NCBI GenBank assembly: GCA_038087875.1
Contig: CM075988.1
Location: 14,882,001-14,946,000 of the forward strand
Length of the DNA: 64,000 nucleotides
DNA from: Malacoraja senta
Lineage: Eukaryota
Direction of reading: 5' to 3'
The notes beneath the pieces were generated by a model, which saw nothing but the letters and a program-made list of their open reading frames with translations, made no database searches and had not been told where the DNA came from. Below, in pieces: positions 11,957-23,090 of this stretch. Position 1 is the first letter of the stretch. Every line of letters starts with the position of its first letter. Position numbers and translations under genes: made by a program.

Positions 11957-12960
11957 GATCTGAGCCATTTCTGCCTGGTTCCACCGTGTTCAGCAGGCTG
12001 TTCCTTACTGCGAAGCCTATTCCGTGCTCTCTGGGCTTGTCAGAGTCCTTCCCCTGCCAGTAAAATGTGTACTCCTTCTCCTTCAGTGTGCCCGCGTCTG
12101 CCAGCCTTGTTTCCTGAAGGTGGCTACGTCTACGATGAGTCTTTTGAGCTTGTCGTTTATGACAGCTGTTTTACTGGAATCGCTGAAGTCCTGTAGGTTT
12201 TCAGAGAGGCCAGTCATCATTGTCCGGACATTCCAAGTTCCCAGTTTTAGAGCTGGTCTCTTTTGATGTGTTCCTTTGTTGTTGGTTGGGATCTGCTGTT
12301 CAGATGGTTCCTAATCCCCGTTCACCCAGCGAGGATAGCAGACCGTGGCGGGACAGCACCTTATTGGCTGGGGGCTGCCCAGATTGAGGCGGGCGGTAGC
12401 TGTCCTGTGAGATCTGAAAATCCCTCCCACTGTCGGGAGCAACCCCTGACGCCTCGCTTTACGCCAAACTAGCGATGACTTATAACCGGTAACTGTTACG
12501 CCCCGCGTTGTGTCGACGTCGCAGGCGAAGCTGGAGTGTCCTCTCCAGTTTGTAGATGTAGGTTTGCAGGTGATGTGTGGTCGGATGCAAGCCTAGGCCA
12601 TGTCATATGGAGGACAGGCTGTTGCCCATGCAGCACGTCCCCCCCTCTTCACGTCGCTGATCGATCCAAAGGAACAGCAGGGCCGTTACAGTTTGGCACC
12701 AGCGCCGTCGCAGGAGCTGCCAGAGCGAGGTTGTAGACAACGACAAACTGCCTTAGGGGCTCACACTCCGGATTTTCTTGAGGTTTACTCCTGGAGACTT
12801 TTCCATGAGTGGATATGGCCACAAGGCAGTTGAAGTTTTAAATCAGAGTTTTCCCTCTCCTAGATGCACTGCCTTCCCAGGCTGATGAGCCCCATCTGCC
12901 CGAAACTCATGGGGGTGGGAGCGTCTACCTTCCCACTGCAGGTCTATAACACCTACCCAT
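11957..12960 (-). mobile_element. RTE-clade LINE, 5' UTR plus start of the APE endonuclease (frameshifted, cut by the gap)
   Basis: The minus strand translates LKLGTWNVRTM (around 12221-12250)..QETRL..YTFYWQG..EHGIGFAVRN. The 5' UTR motif CTAGGAGAGGGAAAACTCTGA lies near 12845-12865. Confidence 0.85.
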
Positions 12961-12987
12961 TGCCCACTACACATACATATATATGTA

Positions 12988-14829
12988 CTAGACTAAGTGG
13001 GACCAGTTTGGTCCCATGTTCACATGGGAGGGCTGGTCCCTCAACACAATATCCCACCTCTCCACCAATTTCAATATTGGTGGCCAGTGCAGAGGCGGGG
13101 GGGGGGGGGGCTTTCTGGAGCGCTAGTATGGGTGTTGTGGGCCAAAGGGACTGGTTTCCAGAGGGTTCGTTTCCATTGTGGGCCGAATGGATTCTTGTAC
13201 TGACAGCTCAGTCACTCAGGCCTGGTGGGCTGGCAGCTCAGTCACTCAGGGCAGGTGGGCTGGCAGCTCAGAAACTGCCAGAAATTCTGCCCAAAACAGG
13301 TGAGAGTCTGTGAGAGGGTGGAGAATCAATTTTAGACATTTTTCATCTATTTCTGCAGATCACAGCAATAAAGGAGGAAAGTATATCATGGCTGGAGCTC
13401 ACAGGGAGCCAATGAAGGGAGGGAGAAAAATACTCGGGTGAGGTTTAATACTTTCAGGGGGAATACTTACTGATGGGCCAAAGGGACTCCTCCTGGGCTA
13501 GTACAGGCCTGATGGGCTGAAGGGACACTAATAAAATGTGAGTGAAATCTCAGTGAAAGGCACTTTTTCTGGACTTTTCCTGGCCTGGCATGGGCCTTTT
13601 TGGCAAAAATGCTCTTCCTGGGCTAATATGGGCATTTGGGGCAAAAGGGACTGCTTTCTCAGCTAATATGAGCCTTGTGGGCCGAAATGAGTGGTTTCAG
13701 GCAGGCCAAACAACTCATCTCATTTTCATTTCATTTCATTTCCATTGCCATTTCAGTTTCAAGCACAGGGCAGGCCAAACAACTCATCTCATTTTCATTT
13801 CATTTCATTTCCATTGCCATTTCAGTTTCAAGCACAAGCCAGGCCAAACAACTCATCCCATTTTCATTTCATTTTCATTTCCATTGCCATTTCAGTTTCA
13901 AGCACAGGGCAGGCTAAACAACTCACCTCATTTTCATTTTATTTCATTTCCATTGCCATTTCAGTTTCAAGCACTGGGCAGGCCAAACAACTCATCTCAT
14001 TTTTATTTCATTTCATTTCCATTGCCATTTCAGTTTCAAGCACAGGGCAGGCCAAACAACTCATCTCATTTTCATTTTGTTTCATTTCCATAGACATTTC
14101 AGTTTCAAGCACAGGGCAGGCCAAACAACTCATCTCATTTTCATTTAATTTCATTTCCATTGCCATGTCAGTTTCAAACACAGGGCAGGCCAAACAATTC
14201 ATCTCATTTTCATTTTATTTCATTTCCATTGCCATTTCAGTTTCAAGCACAGGGCAGGCCAAACAACTAATCTCATTTTCATTTCATTTCCATTGCCATT
14301 TCAGTTTCAAGCACAGGGCAGGCCAAACAACTAATCTCATTTTCATTTCATTTCCATTGCCATTTCAGTTTCAAGCACAGGGCAGGCCAAACAACTCATC
14401 TTATTTTCTTTAAGGGCTAACAAATCATTTATTGCAAGTACATTGCAGACTCACAGTTTAGTAGACTCACAGTTCAGATGACTCACAGCAGTATCAGAGT
14501 TGTGGCCTCTCCCTCGTGATCTTCCAGATTGACTGACTCACGTCCAAGCATCCGGGGTTTTATAATCCTGCCCCCCCCCCCCCGGAAGTGGCGTTACTTT
14601 CATCATGGTGATTGACAGGCGAGAGGACCAATCAGCTGACCTCAAGATTTTTTAAACACTTATAACATGTTTATTTTTGATCGATTGGAAAAGTCCTCAG
14701 GGTGCCTCAGCAGAGGAGGACTGTGAGTAAGATGGCCAAAAATCATAACGATATAGGGTAGCGTTTTTTCTAAAATCAATATACAGCGCAGACAGGAAGT
14801 GGTCAAGATTAGACTTTTAGTTATACAGA
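12988..14829 (-). mobile_element. Complete non-autonomous Helitron (~1842 bp)
   Basis: Minus strand 5' end A|TCTGTATAACTAAAAG at 14829. 3' end has the hairpin GGGACCA-AAC-TGGTCCC (12999-13015) and ACTTAGTCTAG|T at 12988. It sits between A and T in an AT-repeat context with no TSD and no Rep/helicase ORF. Confidence 0.85.
13700..14405. repeat. Minisatellite, 69-bp unit (last two 64 bp), ~10 copies, inside the Helitron
   Basis: GGCAGGCCAAACAACTC recurs at about 13700, 13769, 13838, 13907, 13976, 14045, 14114, 14183, 14252, 14316 and 14380. Confidence 0.95.
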
Positions 14830-15139
14830 TATAAGATATATATATATATATATATATGCATAGGGCTTACTTGAATTTAGCAATAGTGGGGTGGAAGCCT
14901 CACCTTCAGCATTACTCCATCGCCATTATATTTACACATTGTTGACAAATGAAGAACTGTGACGAGAACAAGCTTTCTCAAAGAGCCATTAGTACACAAT
15001 GCAAGCTGGTAAACCCAACCCCACAGTAATTGAGTGATCCCACTTCACTAAAGTACTTTAGCAGAGGTTAATAACAATGTTTCATGGAGAAGATTTACAG
15101 AAAGGATGAGTGCTTCAAGAGGACAAAACAGAGTGCATA

Positions 15140-15262
15140 GGGAGGAACTGCAGATGCTGGTTTACACCGAAGATAGACACAAAATGCTGGAGTAACTCAA
15201 CGGGACAGGCAGCATCTTTGGAGAGAAGGAATGGGTGACGTTTCGGGTTGAGACCCTTCTTC
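15140..15262 (-). mobile_element. Penelope-like 3' fragment
   Basis: Reverse complement of the GAAGAAGGGTCTCAACCCGAAACGTC..GATGCTGCCTG motif. Confidence 0.75.
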
Positions 15263-16487
15263 ATACAGATTAATCTGTGTGGGCCTTTTTAGTGAAAGGG
15301 CAACGGGGGGAGGACAGAGCATTGGAGAGTGGAAACAGCAAGGGTGAAACACTGACCAGTGATGACAGTGAGGATGGTGAACAGGGCAACAAGACATCAC
15401 ACTGATAATACAGTTAGAAAACCACATATTCTTCAAAAGATTGCCAAGTGGCTATGAAAAAATCAACTGTATGTTAACTTTTTTGAGTTAAGAAGGGACA
15501 GGAAATGGAATCAAATTTCAAATAAATGAAAGAGGTCTGATGAAAATTATGAACTGAATGGGTGAACATCAAAATAGATCTAAGATTCCCCAGCCCCACC
15601 TGAAATCTTTGAGATTAATATCCTCTTTAACTGTGTGGATAAACACATTATCAACAGATGATTATTTCTGCGTTAAGTTTAATAAAATTTCAGCACATTG
15701 AGCTATTTCCATTAAAATAATTCATTATACTAGCAAGCTTAAACAGTGTCATATTAATTAGGCCAATTTTCCACTTAAGTTTAAACAGAATATGTTGGAA
15801 ATACTCAGCAGGTCAGCTAGCATCAGTGGGGAAGTAAAAATAGGTCACATTTCAAGTCAGTTTGTTTTGGACTAATTTCGTGTTACATGGCATCAATAAA
15901 AGTAATTACAGCCAGTCCTTTGAAATAATCCATTGAAAATTAAATTTACTTTACCAAAGCAATTTTAAAATTATTCATGCCTGCGCACATATATATATAA
16001 AATGGATGCAATCAAAACTGTATAGCGGCTGTTAGTTTAGAAAACTTGTGCAATGCATAAAAAATAATTGAGTAATAACATTTATGTATTTGATATACAT
16101 TTATACATTTGATAAAAATTGATTAAAAGTCAGTACACTTGAAAATGACAACAGCAGGCCGAGTGTATTAAATAACATGAAACAATTGCAGTTACGTTTC
16201 AATTTATTTCCTAACACTTGAAAATTAAATGATGGGGATTTCCTGATTGACTGGAGAGTGTGGAGGGAACTCTACCCGGCAAGCTAAAGGTTGATAGATC
16301 CGTTGGCATTGTATGGGCAGTGTGATGTATCTGCCCACCATACACTGAGTACCCTTAGCATCATGCTACCAGAGACTAAATGACTCCTTGCATATAACAT
16401 GTTCTGCACAAAGCATGCAACTCTTTTTCTGCAATGTGGTAATGTTAGGAAATCTCGCCTACTGTTCATTCCTGGACAGAGCAAGGC

Positions 16488-16830
16488 TTGGGCAGCTTAC
16501 AGCCCAGTGGAATGAATATTGATTTCTCTAACTTCAAGTAACCCCGGCATTCCCTCTCTCTCTATCCCTCCCCCACCCAAGTCGCACCAGCATCTCATTT
16601 TCACCCAACAAACAGCTAACAATGGCCTGTTTCCTTTATCATCATTACTTTTTGGCATATCTTTCATTCATTGTTCTTTATCTCTCCACATCATCTTCTA
16701 TATCTCTCATTTCCCTTTCCCGTGACTTTCAGTCTGAAGAAGAGTCTCGACCCGAAATATCACCCATTCCTTCTCTCCAGAGATGCTGCCTGTCCCGCTG
16801 AGTTACTCCAGTTTTTTTTGTCTATCTTCG
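16488..16830 (+). mobile_element. Penelope-like element: ORF C-terminus plus 3' terminal repeat
   Basis: 16488-16541 encodes LGSLQPSGMNIDFSNFK*, resembling the end of the PLE GIY-YIG domain. A CTGAAGAA..GACCCGAAA motif follows at 16734. Confidence 0.8.
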
Positions 16831-16869
16831 CAAGAAAGTAACGGCAAGAAGGGACTTTATTTTACAAAT

Positions 16870-17150
16870 ACAGCATGGAAATAGGACCACCATGACCATC
16901 AATCACCGTTCATGAGTTCTTTGCTATCCCACTTTCTCAACCACTCACTATAGATTCGATGTAATTTTACAGTGCCCAATCAAGCTACAAACTCACACAT
17001 CATTGGCATGTTAGTGGAAACCGGAGCACCCGGAGGATCCACATGGGTCACAGGGAGAACGCGCAAACTCCACACAGACAGCACCCAAGGTCAGAATCAA
17101 ATCAGGGTCTCTGGATAGTGAGGCAGCAGCTCTTCCAGGTGTGCCACTGG
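16870..17150 (-). mobile_element. Diverged HE1-type SINE
   Basis: Contains GGAAACCGGAGCACCCGGAG..CACAGGGAGAACG..CAAACTCCACACAGACAGCACCC. Confidence 0.75.
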
Positions 17151-17559
17151 GTGCTGCTCTTCTATAGATGCTGGGCAATGTTGGGCCATTGGTGATCGAT
17201 GGGAAAATGCCCAGATGTGAAGACAGAAAATAAAATTGAGCCAGTCAAAGAATTATATAAAATTGTTAGGGCACGGAATGCAGGACCTAGTGGAGAACTC
17301 TCATCAGCCTCTTCCTCATGTATTTATACCAATAACCCTACAAATTATTCTCTCCCAAATGTTCCCCGATTCCCATTTGAAGGCACTAATTGATGTTGCA
17401 TGTACCAGCACTGCAAGCAGTAAAATCCAGTTAATAGGTTTCTAATCATATTCCCTTTGTAGCTCGCATTTTCTTGTAATATGGAAGGTGGCCACTTGAC
17501 CCATCAAATCTATTCTGATACTCAGAACACTGTCATCAATCTCGCTCTCTCACTTATTT

Positions 17560-18265
17560 CCATAGTCCAAGATTCATATACCACTGAAACTGGCCCTTAG
17601 GCCCAACTCGTCGTTGCTAACCAAAATGCCCCACCCAAGATAGGAACCATTTGCCCGCATTTACTCCGTATCACCCTGACCATGTACCTGTCCATTCTCT
17701 TTTAAATGTTCATCCATGTTTTCCAGAGATGCTACCTGACCCTTTGAGTTACTGCAACACTTTATGTCCTATCTTTTAGATGTTATTATTGCACCTGCCT
17801 CAACTACATCCTCCGGCAGCTCATTCCATGCAACCACCACCCACTGAGTGAAAACATTGCCCTTCAGATTCCTATGAAAGCTTTCCCCTCTCACCCGTAA
17901 CCCGTGTCATCTGGTTCTTGATTCCACTACATCTGGTTCACCCATGTAACCTATTCTCTCTCACATGTTCATTAATGCTTCTGTTTCTCCCACCTGCAAC
18001 ACACAAAGGCTAGGATGCAATTTACAGCAGCCAAGTTACCTTCTGAGCAGCACAGCCCAGAATAAGCCTACATGGTCACACAGAGAACATGCAAACTCCA
18101 CACATCTCGGATCCACACTGAACCTGGATCGCTGGAGCTGAACGATGGCAGCATTACTTGCTGAACCTCGAAGATAGACACAAGATGCTGAAGTAACACA
18201 GCAGTCAGGCAGCATCTCTGGAGAAAAGGAATGGGTGACATTTCGGGTCGAGACCCTTCTTCAGT
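17560..18265. mobile_element. Cluster of CR1 (-), Penelope-like and SINE fragments
   Basis: CR1 3' motifs at about 17560-17950, a SINE remnant at about 18000-18165, and a PLE motif on the minus strand at 18170-18265. Confidence 0.65.
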
Positions 18266-19084
18266 GAACCTCTCTGTGCTCAGAATTTAGAGGGGTTTTT
18301 TTTATCTGTGTCCCCTGGAGAAAGTGACAGAGGTTGTAGAGTGCTGCTCTTGCCAGGAAAGTATTTCTTTTGATCAGTAAGTGATGTCTGTGGCTTCATG
18401 GAATCCAAGAAGTAATGCATTATTTACAAAATTTGGATGTTAATGTGTGCCGTAAGTGGATAGTCAATGCTGAAGCTTATAGTGCAGAGTTTTCTGCCTT
18501 GTCAACAGATAGTGACCCCAGTCAGATTAAACCTCTGGGTCATATCACTTTTTAGGTCACTAATCTGTTTCTGTTACATGCTTTTAAAGATCTTATGTTT
18601 GCAATTAAATGTAATCCTTTCTGGCTGACACTGTTCAGGGCTGAAAGACCCAGAATGAAAGTACCAGATTGCATGGCTCAAGATTCCAAGACAGCAATGG
18701 CTGTATTTTGTTAACAATCTGTTTATTGAGATACGAAGCCGTCCAGTTTGGTACACAATGCTTGCTCAGCTGCTCATATCTATATTTAACTTTACATAAT
18801 TACTTTCCTGTGGTTGTCCAAGTGATGACATTTCCCATCTCTGCGGAATTCTCTTTGTAATGAGTACATCCTTCTTTTTCTCTTTCACTCTTGGAGACGG
18901 TGGAGCGCTGTGCGCCTCCTAAACCGAAGGGCAAGTGGCAGAAAATCCCAAAGATCTTGCTGGGCTGTTTACAAAACCAACACAGGACCCACAAAGAGAG
19001 AAGAGTATAGTTGCACCTTGCCCCCTCCCTCTGCCTGAGCTTGAAAATGGGGATTGATTGCCTCCTATTGTAACTGCTCGCATT

Positions 19085-19500
19085 CATAAGACCATAAGAT
19101 ATATGAGCAGAATTAAGTCATTCGGTCCATCAAGTCTACTCCGCCATTCGATCATGGCTGATCTATTTTTCCCTCTCAGTCCCATTCTCCTGCCTTCTCC
19201 CCGTAACCTTTGACACCCTTCCTGATCAAGAATCTGTCCATCTCCGGTTTAAAGATAACCAATGTCTTGGGCTCCATAGATGTCTGCGGCAATGAATTGC
19301 ACAGAATCACCACCCTCTGGTTAAAGAAATTCTTCCTCATCTCCATTTCAAATGGTACGTCCTTTTATTCTTAGGCTGTCCCCTCTGGTTCTATACTCTT
19401 CCATTACAGGAAACATCCTTTCCACGTCCACTCCATCGAGGCCTTTCATTATTCAGTAGGTTTCAATGAGATCCTTTCTCATCCTTCCAAACTCCAGCAA
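19085..19500 (-). mobile_element. CR1 LINE 3' end
   Basis: Tail ATAAGACCATAAGA..GCAGAATTA..CATTCGG and TCACCACCCTCTGG..AAGAAATT..CCTCATCTC. Similar to 25750-27120. Confidence 0.85.
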
Positions 19501-19747
19501 ATACTGATTTGTATACGACTGCTATTGTTAACAGTTGTACCCCAGAGAATAACTCCAGATCACCCAAGCTTCCCCATTCTGTTACCAGGACTTTGGGGCC
19601 CATGAAGCTGTTATCTGATTCTTGAACAGGCCTCTTGTGTAAGCTAAGGATGCACTTCTGATCTCCCAATCTATTATGATGTGACCCTTGCACTCTCTCT
19701 TTTATTTGCATTTTTCTCTGTCACTGAAACACTATATTCTCCATCAG

Positions 19748-20125
19748 GAGGCACAGTGGCGCAGCAGTAAAGTTGCTGCCTTACAGCGCCAGAGACCCGG
19801 GCTCAATCCCATTCCTTCTCTCCAGAGATGCTCCAGCATTTTGTGTCTACCTTTGATTTAAACCAGCGTCTGCAGTTCTTTCCTACACATTCCTACTGGT
19901 GCTGTCCGTATGGGGTTTGTACATTCTCCCCGTTACTGTATGGGTTTTCTCTGGATGCGCTGGTTTCCTCCCACACTCCAATGATGTCCAGGTTTGTAGG
20001 TTAAATTGGCTTTGGTAAAAATTGCAAATTGGTGCTAGTGTGTATGATAGTGCTGGCGTATGGAATGACTTCTGGTTCACACAGACTCAGTGGGCCGAAG
20101 GGCCTGTTTCTGCACTGTCTGTCAA
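19748..20125 (+). mobile_element. HE1-type SINE interrupted by a Penelope-like fragment (~19808-19890)
   Basis: Head GGCACAGTGGCGCAGC..CCCGGGCTCAATCC, then PLE sequence, then the SINE resumes at GGTGCTGTC. Confidence 0.8.
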
Positions 20126-21335
20126 AAATCTAAAGTTTGATTGTAATCAAGCAAGGATGATTTACCTGGATAGTACGCAAAACTAAGTTTTATACTGTAT
20201 CTCATGTAAATGTGTGTATCTCTACATGTCTGGTAATGATAAACTAACACCAATACCAAAACCAAATTTAACTGATCAGCATGTTTTCTCATTTGCAGTG
20301 ATTTCCGTCGCAGTGCTGGCATTATTTGTGCTGAGCTGGTCGATTCACCGGATGCCGATGGAATATCATCCACTTCTATAGTCAATAATATTGTTTCATC
20401 TTGACTCTTGTCAGAAATATCATACATTGGTCCTTCTTTAACAATCATGGGATTCCCTTCAGGGACACAGTTGATCTCACAGTCTTCACTAATCTCCTGC
20501 ATATCATGCTGGAAAAGCAAGTGCTGTACGAGAAATCTTATGAATTTTTCACCAATCTTCATGAGATAATTCCTGGAACTACATACCTCGACTATTTCCC
20601 TGAAGTACCATTGTTTTCATCTCCTATCAGAGGTCTCAACATACAAACTCTATTGTGCAAATGGAATCTCTCTTCTTGCACCTTATGTCACAACACATGC
20701 ACTGTGTGAGTGCCTTAGCTCCACTTCTGCTTCCAAACTGAATGAAATTCAATTGTCCACACTGACGAAGGATTCTGACAATAAATGTCGCCCATCCTTT
20801 TTCTCCAGAGATGCTGCCTGACCCACTGAGTTACTCCAGCACTTTGTGTCTATCTTCTGTGCACTGAGTCCCAGTACACTTACATTTCATCTGTGGGGCA
20901 TTGTGCTGTGGTGTTTATTTAGGAGTTTAGAAAAAGTGCTGCAAGTCAATGTTTCATTGTGGCTTGCAGTTAATGTTCTCGGATCTCTTTCTACAACGTG
21001 TCCCTCTGTAGCACAAACACTCACACAACCCAAATTCAATGTCAGAAGCTCTTGCCATTGTTCTGCTCATTGTGGGTACATCATATTTACACAAATTTTC
21101 TGCACTAGCCAAGATCTCTTCAGCCTTTTACAGGTCATTTCTATCGATGCAACTATCTTGCATGCCCATTTGAAGATATGAAGATATGAACTACATGTTT
21201 AATAGCTTAGATGGGATAATGTCATCAGATAGTCCACACACAAACACAAATAAATGTTAGATGGAGAATAAAGTTATTGATGCGGCTCCAGGACAAGAAG
21301 GTCAGAAGGTCCTTGGGAACTTAAGGAATTCCTTC

Positions 21336-21475
21336 TTCTTCTTCTTGCGTATGGCGTGCACAGCCTAAAGTTGTCGGACAACTTGTTCTATTTGATCTTA
21401 TTTGATTGTGCACGCCGGGTTGATTGCATTAGTCGAAACAGGGCGGACCACGTGAAGGTTGCAATCTTCCACCCC
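21336..21475 (-). mobile_element. 140-bp retroposon with HDV-like ribozyme head, structured body, (AAG)n tail and 13-bp TSD; probably mobilised by an ingi/Vingi-type LINE
   Basis: TSD AAGGAATTCCTTC at 21323-21335 and 21476-21488. The minus strand ends CCATACGC(AAG)n. No Pol III A/B boxes are evident. Confidence 0.85.
21422..21475 (-). ncRNA. Putative minimal HDV-like ribozyme (54 nt)
   Basis: Minus strand parses as GGGGUGG-AA-GAUUGCA-ACC-UUCACGU-GGU-CCGCCCU-GUUUCGA-CUAA-UGCAAUC: 7-bp P1 with a G1-U wobble, perfect 7-bp P2, 3-bp P3, 7-nt L3 and J4/2 CUAA. Confidence 0.8.
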
Positions 21476-21705
21476 AAGGAATTCCTTCAGGATACTTAAA
21501 TGTAAAACATATTCAGATGTGTACTTAAACCTCCGGTGCACGTTTGCCAGCATTAGATGGCACCAGAGGAAGGGTCTGCAGCAGTAGAGAGTGGCACAAT
21601 TTAACTGGTCTGAAAATGTAATTCAATTCAATACCAGGCTGCATGCCGGAACTCTGAACCCTGATATCTGTAGACAAACTGTGTGGGAAGAAACCGATGA
21701 TGCGC

Positions 21706-22018
21706 GGGGCGGCACAGTGGCGCAGCAGTAGTGTTGTTGCCTTACAGCACCAGAGACCCAAATTCGATCCTGACTACGGGTGCTGTCTGTACGGAGTTTG
21801 TACGTTTTCCCCGTGACCAGCATGGGTTTTCTACCAAGATCCTCGGTTTCCTCCCACACTCCAAAGACATACAAGTTTGTAGGTTAATTGGCTTGGTATA
21901 AATATAAATTATCCCGTGTGTGTGTGTAGGATAGTGTTAATGTGTGGGGATCACTGGTCAGCACAGACTCGGTGGGCCAAAGGGCCTGTTTCCGTGCTGT
22001 ATATCTAAACTAAACTAA
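21706..22018 (+). mobile_element. HE1-type V-SINE, full length
   Basis: A-box-like TGGCGCAGCAG, B-box-like ATTCGATCC, V-domain GGTTTCCTCCCACA, and a CR1-like tail ending CTAAACTAAAC. Confidence 0.92.
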
Positions 22019-22029
22019 GATGGGCAAAA

Positions 22030-22330
22030 TGTGTACGAAGGAACTGCAGATGGACAAAATGTATAGGAATGTGGTACCCCCTCGTTAATACCTCTTTTAC
22101 AGCCAACAATGGACCATTGTGGGCTCCACCTTACCTTGATCATGCTTGTTGGCCTTGATTTGTTCTTTTCATACTTTTCATTCTTTTGTTCATTGCACCT
22201 TTTCTTACCTGTAGCTTCCCTCTCCCCTGACTCTCAGTCTGAAAAATGGTCTCTACCCTAAAATGTCACTTATTCCTTTTCTCCAGAGATGTTGCCTGAC
22301 CTGCTGAGTTACTTCAGCATTTTGTGTCTC
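22030..22330. mobile_element. Penelope-like 3' end with an inverted 5' stub
   Basis: CTCTCCCCTGACTCTCAGTCTGA..CTCCAGAGATG..GCTGAGTTAC. Confidence 0.7.
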
Positions 22331-22801
22331 TCCATCTGTAGACAAACACTGGTTTCAAGAGGCACCTTCAAACACTAACTGCACTGCAGCACGCTGTGTG
22401 TCTTAGTTCTGTGCTGGAGCATGCTGATCAAGAGGATAAAAGCATCCTCCTTCGAGGATCAAATGTTTGAATATTTCATTCTCTCCACCAAGTCAGAGGT
22501 TCAAATTCTTAAGATTTTGCAAGTTTAAAACGTATAGTAAGTAACACGAGCACTAATCTTTCATTGCCATCTGACATCATGCCAAATAATCAGCAAGTGG
22601 TATCGGGAAAGATTTGGCATGTGACATCCTTCCAAAATCTTAGCATGAGGAGAGCTTCCCACTACAAGTAATCAACAGTTTGATCCAATATTCATCCAGG
22701 AGCTATAGAGTTGTAAGATTATTTGGGAAGAGATAATAAAAGATAGGCAGTATGACGGAGGTAGCTGTGGTGCTGGAGTGCGCTGATGCTTCATTGCCTG
22801 G

Positions 22802-23090
22802 TCATAAGGTCATAAGATCAGAGAGAATAGGAGTAGAATTGGCCATTCGGCCCATCAAGTCTACACCGCCATTCGATCGTCGCTGATCTATCTCTCCATC
22901 TGAACCCCATTCTCAGCCTTCTCCCCATAACCTCTGACGTTAACCCAGAATCTATCATTCGCTGCCTTAAATATATTCACTGACTTGGCCTCCACAGCCT
23001 TCTGTGGCAAAGAATTCCACAGATTCACCACTCTCTGACTAAATATTTTTTTCCTCATCTCCTTCCTAAAAGAACGTTGTCTAATTCTGA
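22802..23090 (-). mobile_element. CR1 LINE 3' end
   Basis: GGTCATAAGGTCATAAG..GGCCATTCGGCCCATCAAG..GAATTCCACAGATTCACCAC. Confidence 0.85.

Noticed and set aside
11709..12063. ORFs spanning the N run
   Set aside because: Artefacts of the assembly gap.
12860..12965. Possible HDV-like ribozyme at the RTE 5' end
   Set aside because: Some complementary blocks exist (CCCCAT/ATGGGG, ATGAG/CTCAT), but I could not build the P1-P2-P3-L3-CNAA topology.
13590..14413. ORFs of 167-240 aa with repeating peptides
   Set aside because: These are by-products of a stop-free 69-bp (23-codon) satellite that is open in several frames.
21706..21780. tRNA-like sequence with A/B boxes (many copies)
   Set aside because: These are SINE heads; there is no full cloverleaf and they always continue into the V-domain.
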